Shown piece by piece: positions 13,676 to 27,000 of a DNA stretch of 64,000 nucleotides (the first letter of the stretch is position 1; every line of letters starts with the position of its first letter). A program made the position numbers and the translations under genes. The stretch lies in NCBI GenBank assembly GCA_002245135.1, contig NGBS01000888.1, forward strand, positions 1 through 64,000, given 5' to 3'. This stretch comes from Proteromonas lacertae. Lineage: Eukaryota. The notes under the pieces are model-generated. The model saw nothing but the letters and a program-made list of their open reading frames with translations. It did no database searches and was not told the DNA's origin.

Positions 13676-16600
13676 TTAAATTCTTACACCAGCATCTTTT
13701 GAAGCATCAACCATTTGTTCAGCTGTTTTTCGAACATGTTTTGTTCTTCCACCTACTCTGACGTAAATACAATAACCTCCTAAGAATACAACTCCTCCCA
13801 ATATTATACAACCAATTATTATTCCAACTAAAGCACCTGTTGTACTTCCTGAACATTCATCAATTGGACTTTCCCAGATTGCATTCCCATCTACATAAAT
13901 ACATCTTCTCATTATAAAACCAGATCGACCTCCTCCACATTTTATTACTGCTTGATCACCTACTAGAGTTTCTGGAAAACCATCATTAGCTGGACATTTC
14001 TTTGCTTTAAACTCTAATTTGATTGTTACACTTGCTGATTTTCCATTTGAATCTGTTACTGTTATTACATAATCTTGTTTTGAAACATCAACCACTGAAA
14101 GTCCTTGTAAATATCCAGAAGCAGATATTACAAAACCATCAGGTAATGGTGGATTTATTGATACTGATAAACCATCTCCAACTGCATCAAATAATTGAAT
14201 TGATACCATTGTTCCTGTTGCTACTTCTATATCTTTCTTTACTGTTGAATCAGGAATTACTGGTGTTTCACTTTTTACTACTACTATTAACATTTTAATC
14301 TGAATTGAGTTTTTACCATTAGATACATTGATTGTATAAGTTGTATTTTGAGTATCTACTTTGCCATAACCATTAAATGTTCCTGTTTTAGAATCCATTG
14401 TTATTCCACTTGGTAATGTGGGAGTAATTGAATAAACTAAATTTGATCCACTCACTGTAAAGAATCTCTCATTAAATAATTCTTGCCCTGTTGTTAAGAT
14501 TACAGATTCATTTTGACTAATTACAACTGGAATATCATCACCTTGAATTACTGATACTAAAATATCTTTTGAAACTGTTTGACTTTTACCTGTACAAGAG
14601 AATTTGTAGCTAACTGCTGATTGAGCTGAAGCGGTTACTTTTCCTTTCATTGCACCTGTTGTTGCATTGTAAGTTAAACTGGCTGGTAAATTCTTATCAA
14701 TGCTATAAGTTAAGGGATTTGAATAACATAATATTGGATATTGATTATCATAATCCATCATATAGACTAAATCTAATTTATCTACAGATTCAACCATCAC
14801 TGGTTCATTAGGTATTGTGATTAAAAAGGAAATTTGTCTTGATGTCGATTGACCAGCTGTATTAGAAATTGTAAACATACTGGAGGACATACCTGGTCTT
14901 GTTGCTTTTCCTTTAATAAAACCAGTTGAAGAATCCAATTCTATACCGAATGGTAGCTGATTTACACTATAACTCACAGGTGATGCACTTTCTACCCAAA
15001 ATATTTGTTTATGTTGTTCATCTATTTCTTCATAAACATTAGCCACTACTGCAGGCATATATTTCCATATAATAATATTGTTAGTTGCTTTAATGATTAG
15101 TGTCATTGTTATTTTACCTGAACCATATTGGTTTGTAGCAGTAAATGTGATTGAATAAGTAGCTCCTTTATATGGAGTTCCATTTATTAAACCAGTGGTT
15201 GTATTATATTTTAATCCTGGAATAAACTCACCTGGTTCACAACTTGGACATGAAAAACTATAAAATGTTGGATTTCCTGTGACTTCATATATTGATTCAT
15301 CTACATAAGTCACACCAGCATCAAAAGTAAATGTCAATTCTGTATTTATGAATTTAGGAACTTCTCCACAAGTAGAATTTACTTCAATCCATAAAGCAAA
15401 GTTTGAACAATAGAAATATCTTTCACCTACAGCGCCTTCTTGACTACAATTAGCTTTATAGAATGTATTCGATATTCCTTCAGGTAATTTTTCGGTTGGA
15501 TTAGCTACACATTTCTTAGTTCGACATAAATGATATCCAATTTCTCTCACTTCCATTCCTTTATTAACATAATCATATTGGTTTGACTTGGGTATATCAA
15601 TTCTTACACTTTTATATAATGTATAAGGATCTACGTTGAAGGTTGCTCTTCCTGGTGTATATTTCTTTGTTTCAAAGTAATAAACTGGATCTAATGAACC
15701 AATCGACACTGTCGATGTGTCTGTTTTACCTGTTAATGACACTTTCATTGGATAATGAGTTTGTTGACCAGTACCAGCTCTCATTGTGAATTGATTAAAG
15801 GTATAATGACTATTACTACCAAATGTATAATCAGCATAGGAATAGCCATCTACAGTTCCATAATAATCATCCCATGATGATTCAACTGATAAATCAAATG
15901 CTGCATGAGCAAAAGATGATTCATATTTACCAAAACTTTTACTAGATGAATCACTTACACTTCCACCATAAAGTGTAACTAAAATACAATCTTCATCATT
16001 ATCTCCATCTAATGGGAATATAAAAAATCTATCCTCATTTGGGAAATTATCATCCGTTGGACTTTTATGAATTTCATAAGTTATTATTGCTGTATCATTT
16101 AAATCATCGATTGGTAATATGAAATTCTCTTCTCTCGCTCTTTCATAAGCAGTATCTCCTGGAGTATTTGGACCTATATCTCCACTTGGTAAATTATCTC
16201 TGAATATTACTCTTCCATTTACTCTGACTATTACACCAGATCTATGTTTAATTCGAAGGAAATAACCTGAATATTTGTCATAATTTGGGAATGATAATGG
16301 ATATCTCAAATAATATGTTGGCATAGTAAGTGGAGGTTGAGCCAATGTTGTTATTGGTGATGTTGGCCATGTTAAAGTGAAGTTTTTAAATTCCCAATTT
16401 GGAACATATTGTCGATTATATTGCCATTGTGTTCGAGTATCCATCAAATATGTAACTATAGAAATTATAAAACAATTAATATATACAATCAGTTGTTATA
16501 TTTACTTCACCATTATCAGTATAAGACACAGTATATCTACCAATTATGGAATTACCTGCATAGATTGTCATATTGGAATTTCCCCAACCACTTCCACTTA

Positions 16601-19600
16601 TATCAATCAATCTCAATGTATACCATCCTTTTGTTATACACATCTTTATACTGTTTATTGAGTTTTCAGTAAATGTATTATCTACTCTTTCAAATACAAC
16701 TTCATCTTTTGAATTGATTAATTGATAAGCAGGTCTATCATATTCTTTTCCTACAGCTAAGGTTAATCCAATCAAGAATTTTCCTGCATTTTCACAATCA
16801 TCTTCTTGAGTATCAGGAATTATATGTATTATCATTTCTACACTCTTTCGACCTTTATCATTTATAGCTGTGATTGTGTATGTTGTTGCATTGGTAATAA
16901 AACGAGCTGTTCCATATATTCTTCCTGTTATATTGTTGAATCTAATACCTCTTGGTAATGCTGAAGGAGTAATAGTGAAATAATCAACAAATGTTTCTAT
17001 TGTTGGAATTAATAGGATTTGATTACCTTGATAATAGGTTGCATTATTGGTAATATATTTAAAATTAGGTTCAACAGGATCTATTCAATTACATATAATT
17101 AAATAATATATACCTGTGTTAAGTACAACTGTATGAGAATCAGTAACAGGAAAATCACCAGTATATCGATAGATTCTTACACCATCATTATAAACAGTAA
17201 ATACATAATCAAACATTCCACTTATATATATTGTATAGGTATCTACTGGAAGACACATACTGTAAGTTCGAGGTAAACTAACTGTGGTAGTTTCATATAC
17301 ATACATCACTCTTGTACCATTTGATGCTGTTACTCTTAACACTAAATATTGACCATTATCAACAAAATCATTACTGAAATGGAAGGAATGTCTTTTTCCA
17401 CTTTCACATCCACCTTCAGCTTTTATTCCAAATTCAAATTGTTTATTATCACCATCAGAAGGAAGAACAACTGCAGTTACTGTCACTTTTGTATCTAATT
17501 TTTCTCTCGGACTTCCTGAAAGAGTTGATGATTTCCAATCATATGTAAAACCAACTGGAATATTCTCAGCTCTAAATTCAATTACATAACCAGATTTCAC
17601 ATGGAATTGAAGATCATAAAATTCACCCACAACTAAGGATATTGAATCAGTATATTCTTTTCCAGTTTGAAGATCTATTACATAAAAATCTGCTGGTGAT
17701 TGAACAGCTATTTAAGATAATAAAAATAAATGAATTATACTTTTCACAGATATATAGATAGTAGTTGAAATAGATTTATCAAGTGTACTTGTAACTTTGA
17801 TTTTATGAGCTGTCATTTCAACATAACTACTCACATCTGGAACACCAGTTATAACTACAGGCATACGATCACTTCCTGAACAAATTTCTCTCAAACCATT
17901 TGGCAATGGTGGATCAATAACTATACTCTTACATCCAAACTTTTCAACTGCAATAACCTGATTTTTTACTGTTTGACCATTAAGATATGTCGCTGTACTT
18001 TGAGTCATTAGGAAATAATCATTTACTGGAACATAATGGAAATACATATTTGTCTCCCTATATTCATCTTCATCAGCAGTATTTAGCTTACTTAAAAGTT
18101 TAAATGTAGCATGACCATTGTGTGAAACATAATAAATCTGAACCAAATAATCATCATCAGTCATATTAAAATCAAAGAATCCTTCATCTTCAATTGTATT
18201 TCTTCCTGGCTTAGCTAATACTTCTTTATGATTAAAATAAACCCAATAACCACCATCTGCAATAACTTTAAAATTATAAAGACCTACAATAACAAATGTA
18301 GGATATAAATAACCTTCCCAATAAACACCATAATCATCAAGAAATTCTATACTCAATCCATCAGGATGTGGCTGTTCTTGAGATTCTACAATAGATGGTC
18401 TGTCTTGTCTTTGGATGTATAATGGATCAATACCATCAACTTCTGGACCATATTTTGTATATAAACTAGTATCGAAATTATAAGGTTTGTAATAATAAGC
18501 TCTTACTCCATTAACTACAGTATCTGTAACACGAAGTTTCAAGGCTATTTCATTTGTTTCACTGTCTTGATTTTTACATTTGATTTTAACTTCTGTATAA
18601 TCCATCATAGATTGTGGATGACCTGTTATACCACTCACTGTTACTTCTGATCCCTCTGGTAATTCAACATTATTACTTATCCAACAACTTTCAGCTTTAC
18701 CTTTTGATACATGTATTGGAGTTAAACTAAAGGCATCTAATTTCCAACTAACTTCGGCAACATCAGCAGATAGAAACATTACTGGATTAAAATTTGAATA
18801 ATCTATTCAGATAATAAACAATATATATATATACAATATTTAAATGGAATGGTTTTTCTTATACTACTTCCTGCAGTGGAATAATCTAATACAAATTTGA
18901 AATCTAATCCTTCACCTCCCATAAAATCTACTATCACTCTTCTATAACCACTTTCTAATTTCACTGTTTTCTTCATTGGATCATCATTCCATGGTTTACA
19001 TTCACTCCAATCAGATAATACTTCAACATCATCAATAAACACTCTAGCATTCATTTCATTACCAGTTTGCATATAAAAGGTATAATCACCAGCTGTTTCA
19101 ATATTGATAAATCCATCCATTGTACCATTAAATGTTGTTATTATACCCCAAGGTGATACTTGCATTTTTTGAATCCAACTTTCATAATTGGTTAAGTTAT
19201 CTAAATTATTCATTGGAGCTTCAAATGGAAATTCATATGTAGGGATACCATCATAATAATTACCACATTTCGTTGTCTCCAAATCATAAAATGTTACAAA
19301 TATACCATCTTTTAATTCAGGATTCTCTACTTTAACAATATCAATGTCAAAACTTCCAGTTCCAGCATCATTTCTAGCTTCAATAGTAATTTTCATGTTA
19401 GTTTGAGGATTGAAATTTCGAAATGTCAAATAGGGACCATCTTGAGAAACACCTCGGATTTCTTTGGGTGTCATTGACCAACTATCATCGGAAGCATCAC
19501 CTGTTGAAGTACAAGTAATAACTGTATTAATAAGAGAGACTGTTGTTAGTTTTGATACACCACAATTTACAACAGGAGCAGACATACCTAGTCAAATTAT

Positions 19601-19951
19601 ATATATAATTGATAAATATACAGACTATCATCAATATGCACGATGCTTGATCATCTTGACCTGCATTATAAACGATTGTATGACTTGTCCAAGATTGAAC
19701 TGTTGGAGTTCCGGAGATATATCCTGTCTTTGAATCAAGTGATAAACCATCTGGTAAGTCTGGTGAAACAGTGTATGATCCTTCTTTTGAAGGGTTTGGT
19801 TTATTTTCGGTAATAACACTTCCTACCACATAAAATGGATGCATATCTTCATAATCGAATGTCAAAGCACAAGAACAACTTGCCATGCATAGTACTATTA
19901 AATAATAATAATAATAATCATACACACAACTGTTAATGCTAAGAATCTCAT
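13676..19951 (-). CDS. Type I single-pass surface protein (~2,027 aa): signal peptide, putative-Ig (He_PIG-like) repeats, PA14-like domains, Cys-rich HRM-like modules, TM, short tail ending GVRI
   Basis: Seven exons. Introns 19895-19923, 19588-19621, 18803-18834, 17708-17740, 17081-17113 and 16456-16486 join the listed ORFs in frame (6,084 nt). Repeated LP.G...D..TG.I.G.P motifs, PA14-like G.Y.F...DG..V..D motifs, C-terminal CPANDGFPET..C..RRC..W..C, and TM GALVGIIIGCIILGGVVFLGGYCIY. Confidence 0.85.
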
Positions 19952-20199
19952 CTTAGATTTTTTTTTAATGACGCGTTTTGATTTAATTTTAACCAATCAA
20001 AAGCGATAATTTTAAATTACAAACTATTAAACACAAGCTACACGTTCCAATTCTATGCAAACTATATCTCATAAACTATACAAGTAGATTAACCGGATAA
20101 TTTGAGCTATTTTAAATATCATAAATGCTATAATTTGAAACAATTAGACTTTCAATCAACTAACACTACATTAACTAGCATAAATCCATCAAGACACCA

Positions 20200-20990
20200 A
20201 AATATCATAACATAAACCAGGAAGAACTGATTTTTAACAAGATCATTTTTCAAAAAAAGTAATATATAAGCATCAGGACTTCTCCTAAAAACTAATTTAT
20301 TTTTTTATAATCTACTGATAACATGTTATTCATATTGTACTTCACAAATCTCTCTAATTTACCTAATCTTTCATTTTAAGTACAGCAACAAATTAACACC
20401 AAAATATACCTCACAGTCATTCGTTTAGAAGGTCAATTTTGTAGTGGCGTAAAAATTTATTTCCAAATACACCTTCTTATTCTTTTTCTTTAATATATTA
20501 AATTAAAATACTTGATGAATAACTCTGCCAGAGAGTTGTCTTCAACATAATACTTCATATCCTTTAATATCCTTGTATCAGGCATTCTTGCAATTATTTT
20601 AGACTAATATAAACTTATTATCGTTTTTAAAGCAATATAAAATATCATGAATACTCCCTGAACTAATGATCTCAAAACTCTGATCAGCAATAATACAAGC
20701 ACAAATGAAATAATAATAATAATAATTCCTATTTTGAGTTATAATGCATATATATAAGCGACTATTATAACATTCAATGATCTGATTGAGTAGTTAAATT
20801 ACAAAATAAACTTAATTTTAGTTTCTTTGTACTAAACTATTGAATATAATAGCAACAGCTAGTCCAGAACTCATCAATCTATGATATTCTGATATAGCTA
20901 AAATAAATACAATAATGAATTGATATACATTAACCAAACATATCAATAAGTCCTACTAGTAATTTTATTTCAAATAAATATGATAAATTA
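20200..20990 (-). pseudogene. Possible decayed gene remnant
   Basis: GT-AG intron-like segments and short coding-like stretches (e.g. KIIARMPDTRILKDMKYYVEDNSLAELFI) are interrupted by stops. No family recognised. Confidence 0.25.
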
Positions 20991-21058
20991 AAATGATTGT
21001 GTAATTATGTAAATTACAGTCAAAAATCAAGTTATAACTGATTAAATTCATTTGATTT

Positions 21059-24000
21059 ATGTTCTTTAATTCAATTCAAATTTTACTCACTCTCAGCATT
21101 TTACTTAAGGTTGCATGTATAAATAGTATTATATCATATTTTAGTTTCAAACAATGTTAATACGTTAGTTTCGCCAACAAACCTCAGTATAGGTAAAAAT
21201 GTGAATATTAAATTTACATTAAGTCAATCACCAACAGATTATGTTTCTATATCAATAGATTGTCCAACTGATTTGGAATGTTCACGTTCAGAGATTAAAT
21301 TGACTTCATCCAATTGGAACGATGGTGCGAATGTTGTAGTAAGAGCCCCAATATCATTAAGCTCTCTGGTGTCAAATACCTACAAGATAGCTTATAAAGT
21401 GCATTCTAACAGAGGTGTAGCTGGGAAATATTATTATCACAAAGGTACAATCGATGCTTCATTCCCAGAATTTACAGATAATTCTTATTGGATAGAAGTA
21501 GAAGATATCGTCTCTCCTTCCTTCAAAGTGCATAAAAACAATGATTATTTACAAAATGCAATTCACATGGAAGGATGTCAAGTTGGTAATAATCAAGAAT
21601 ATAGTTTTCAAGTGACTGGAGCTAGTTATCTTCGATTAAAAATAGATGGAAATATTGTAATCGATTATACATCAGTTAGTAAAACAGCGTCTATCTTATT
21701 AGACAGCAGTCGACATACTTTTGAGTTAGATGCAATAAATCCAAATAATGGTAAAGATATGGTATTAGTTCAATTTCCAGGTAGTAGTGAGTATGTTGCA
21801 ATAAATCAATACTTAACAGTTCCATCCTATGATAATACAATCACATCAGATATAAACAATGAAATATTATTAAAACTAGTAAAAGGTGAGATATATACTG
21901 ACATTAATCCTACTCTCAGCGCCTCAGGTTCAACTACCGTTAAACTTTCATTAAGTGAACCTCCCAGTTATGATTTTACATTTGCAGTTTATTGTGGTCC
22001 TCATTGTATGACTGATATTAATCCATATACATTAACTACAAGTGATTATAAAGATAAAAGTATTATTTTACATTATAAAGAGAACAGCGATTATGTTAAT
22101 AAACATTATAAATTAGAATTAGTTCCAATCATTAGCACAAGAGGTACATTATTTACAATATATCAATTAATAACTGGTAAAACAGTCACAATGGTAAAAC
22201 CTGATTTTACTGATACTACAAAATGGACAACTTATATAAGTGTAGTAAAAGATGATAAGCCAATAAATGAAGTTAAACTCAATGGTGGAATAGCTAATAC
22301 AATGTATGGTTCAGATGTAAATACATACTTCTATAATAGCAGAGATGGATATTATACAATAAAATATGATGTTAATGATAATGATAGATTCTTTCTATAC
22401 ATTGATAACGAATTGATATTGTATTGTTATGAAGGTAGAACATGCGTTAAAGAGATTATTAGATATTTTGAAGTTGGTTATTTCAATCTACATATCGTTA
22501 GTTATAATGTAACAGAATTAACATTCCCACTTACTGGTAAATGTGTTGATGATATAAATGTTGATATATTCTTATATACTCACAGTTTTCGTAATATTGA
22601 TAGTACTTATTATAATCAACAACCAAATGCTAAAGTTACAATGAATCATGTTGTTGATTACGATATTGCGGTAACAAGTGCTACTGATTTCACTATTTCA
22701 TCAACAATTACTGATACAGTTCAATTTCAACTTAATAAAAACATTATGAGTGATATTCAGTATAATTTTAAGTGTACTAAAGGAATTATATGTAATCCTG
22801 GTCAAATTACTGTTAATGCTGCACAAGGATCTAGTATTCCAGTATTTAGCTATACAACAATAAGAAAGACACAAGATATACATCAATATATATCACCACA
22901 AGAATATGTTATACCTACAATCACTACTTCCACAAAATTGCAATTAACACAAACTATATTCTATTTTAAGAATGGTATGGCTGATTATGTTGGTATTCCT
23001 CCATTAGCAACAAGTGTTTGGGCAGTAAAGAAAACTTCTTTGATTGATAGAATAGATTATGTTGGTGTTGAGTATTATGTAGATAATGCTTATACAATAC
23101 TTGTATCTGGTATGTATTATGCTTCTTGCAGTGGTAATTATAAATTCTATTTAACTTGTTATAAAGGATGTGCATTATTTGTTGATAATGAGTTAAAAAT
23201 CAATATGTTTTTTAATCAACCTATTGCATTACAATTTACTACTTGGGTTTATATTGAAGAAGGATATCATCAAATTAATGTATGGCATAATACTTATTTA
23301 ACTACTTATGGTGTAAAGTTAGAATTAGAAAGTGAAATATGTGGAATAACAAGGCAAACATACAGTGCAAATATAAACTATAATATTAAGGAAGGTATAT
23401 TGTTATATAAACCAAAACCAATTGTTGAAAATATGCTTGATGTTTCTACTACAAAAGCTTCAATTAAAGCAACAATGAAATCCAATACTGTAAATGAAGG
23501 CAGTTCATTATCTATTAAGTTAACATTGATAAATAATGACCAAATATATTTGAAAGTATTTATATCACTTCAAACTGGTCCATTCTTAAGCTGTAGTAAT
23601 AATGAATTAGTGTATGATAAAACTACTAATAATTATGATGTTGTTATTTCTTATGCTGAAGATAAAATAGTGAATAGTTTAAACAATTCATTTTTGTATA
23701 TTGATGTTAAAAGTAAGAATAAATTATATGTTGAAGAATATGGAACAATTAATTCATCACCATTTGGATTTGAAAGTAAACCAAATTTAGATGATCCAAG
23801 ATGGGAGAAAAGAAATGAATATTTCTATGATAGTTTTAACTTGAATTATCCTGATTCTAGTTTAAGTGAAGCTGGTAGATTATATCATATAATTACCTTC
23901 ATAAAAGTAAATATAGCAAAAGTTTATGTATTTTCATTGCAATGTCGAAGTAATTGTGAAATAAATGTGAATGGTTTAATGTCAATCGAAAGTTACAGTA

Positions 24001-27000
24001 ATAGTGGAATGACAATTAAAATATCATCAGGTTATTTGAGTGTAGGATATCATAAGATTGATATATTATACAACTATGAAAAAGGAAGTGAAGGTTTTAT
24101 AGATATTAAATATCGTCATGCAACTGGAACTTCTTATGTAAATTTGTTGAATATCATATCATGTACAGATCCAAGTTTTGAATATAATAGTGGATTAATT
24201 CTTCCATTACAATTAGTTGATAATGATAAAATAATAATAAGTGGTTCAAGTGATAATACTAACAATATATTGGATGTGAGTAACAATAAGATATATAGTT
24301 ATAATTATAATATGAATGATATAGAAAATGATGTTGAAATGGAATTAGATGTTCCAGAAGTATTTAAAAGTTCAAGTAATAAGATTATATTAAATAAAAA
24401 CACCCAAAGTCATAAAGTGAGTTTTGAATTGAAAGATGAAGATATATTATTTTTGAATTTAGCTAGTTTGAGAATAACTCATCATATTCCAGAATTATTA
24501 TATGGCAGTTTATTAGCTGAATATTATGTGATGAGATTAAGTCCAAGTAATATATTTGATTTTGAAAGTAATGATTATTATTATAAAGTCTATAAAGATA
24601 AGAATAGTGTTATATCCACCAATAATAATATAATAATAGATTATGATAAGAATGATAATAATAAATTAATCCCAAATCTATTAGTGGAAAAGAAAATAGG
24701 AATAAAATGGAGTGGTTATATTTATACAGATTGTATTGATAATATGAGATTGAGATTAATAAGTGAGAATGAATGTGAAATATTAGTTGATAATACAGTA
24801 GTATTTAGATGTAATGGAAATTGTGATAATGATATAAGTTTAAATGTGGAAATAGGAATTCATAAAATGGAAATAAAAATGATAATAGAAAATGATGAAA
24901 ACTATAAAATGAAATTATCTAAATCCTCAAATAGTTGTATATTGAATGGAATATACTATGAAAATCCTTATAAAAATGTAATAATTGAAAAACCAATAGA
25001 TTATTCCTTAAAAGTTCAATTCCAATCTATCAAATGCAGAATATATAATCAATGATTCCAATAATTTTGTGATGAGATATCCTGATGAAAATAGCTTAAG
25101 ATTTACAACAAAAACAAAGCCATATTATAAATATAATATAAAGATGACAATTCCAAATACAATCAATGTGATATCTGAAGTATCGAATGGTGGAACAGAT
25201 TTTAGTTCGATATTAAAAGTGAAAGATGACAGAGTAAGTGGAATTCAAAGAATCTCCTTATCTTATGGATATGAGAAAGGTATAATAGTTGAATATTATG
25301 AATCAATAAATGAAATAAAATATTCAGGAAATTTGAATGATATAAGATTTAGTGATGTTTCAAAATGGAGAAAAAGAGGAATAAATGAATATTATGAAAG
25401 TGATTTTGAAATATCTAAAAGTTTAAATGATATATCAAATTATGGTGTATCTGTTTATTCTACCTTAAAAATCTCTGTTAGTGGTTTATATAAGTTATAT
25501 TTACAATGTAATAGTTGGTGTATTTTATTAATTGATTTGAATAATGTATTAAGAATATTTAATAGTAATTCTATTGAAGAATCAATTGAAGTGAATTTAG
25601 AAAGTGGAAATCATTACATAGAAGTTCGATTAATTAGTTTAAGCAATGTTTATAATATAAGATTATCTTATGAAAGTACATCTAATGGAATAAATAAGAA
25701 TATAATAAGTAAATCAATACTATCAACAGTTGATCCAGTATATGATGGAATAGTCTTAAATGCAATCGAATATCAAACAATTCCATATATAACAAGCAAT
25801 ATAAACTCCGCAATAACATTAAATAATAATGATGAAATCCAAGTTGATATAAATACAAATTATGCAGCTGATCCTGATTTAGTAATAAAAATGAAGAGTG
25901 AAGATTATATAGAATTAAGTAAAAGTGAGATAATATATAATATAATCAATTTTGGAGTTAGTCAAAGTTATATAGTGAAATTCAAATATCCCAATTCAAT
26001 ATTACTTCCATTTAAAACAAGTGGTTTAATATCCTATGAAATAACTCCAGAAATCTATTGCAGTTCAATATTGAATAATGTAAATGTGAATTTAATAAAG
26101 CCAAGTTATGATAGAAGTGGAAAAGAGAATGAGACATTAGAATATAGTTTTGTATTAAGTGAAAAACCAAATAAAGATGTAAAACTGACAATCGAATGTA
26201 GTGATGTGAATAGAATCTTATGTAGTAATAATGAACATATATTCAATATGAATAATTATAATAGTTTATATAAAGTAAATATGACATTAATTCATGATAA
26301 AAGAGTAAATGAAAATAGAATAATGCCATATAATATAAGAGTAAAGATGGAAAGTGATGATATAAGATATCATTCTCTAAATATTGATCCATTATATATA
26401 AGTATTGAAGATATTGATAAAGCTGAAATAATGTATGAAAGTGATTGTACTAATGCATTGATAGAAGGTGATAATTGTAGTTATTCATTCTATTTAACAA
26501 GTATTCCCTATTGGAATGTAGAAATAATTTTTAGTGATAATGGAGTAAGTGATTTACCATTGATATTTAGTGAAGAAAAATTATCATTTGATGATGATAA
26601 TTGGAATATAAAACAGAGAGTAATAATAAGTACAAATGAAGATAATAAGAAAACAGGCGATATATCAAATATGATAAATTTTGAAATAAGAAGTGATGAT
26701 AATGATTATGAAATATTGAGTATTCCATCTCATTCAATAACAATAAAAGATAATGATATTCCAAATATAGTGATGACAACTAACTGTAATGGGAATATAA
26801 AAGAAGGTGAAAAATGTGAATTGAATTATAAATTAACAACAATACCTTCATCTTCAGTAGAAATCAGACTATCAATCGAAAATTGTTTATACAATACAAT
26901 CAATATTGCAAGTTCCGTAATAATAATAAGTAATGAATGGAATATAAATCATAAAATCGAATTAAGAGTTGATCATAATTATATAGACACAATGAATGAA

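Noticed and set aside
25008..25025. Split of receptor copy 2 into two genes (also the copy 1 breaks at ~1710 and ~805)
   Set aside because: Each break is a 1-nt difference that is open in the other copy, consistent with consensus errors. Reads are needed to exclude real lesions.
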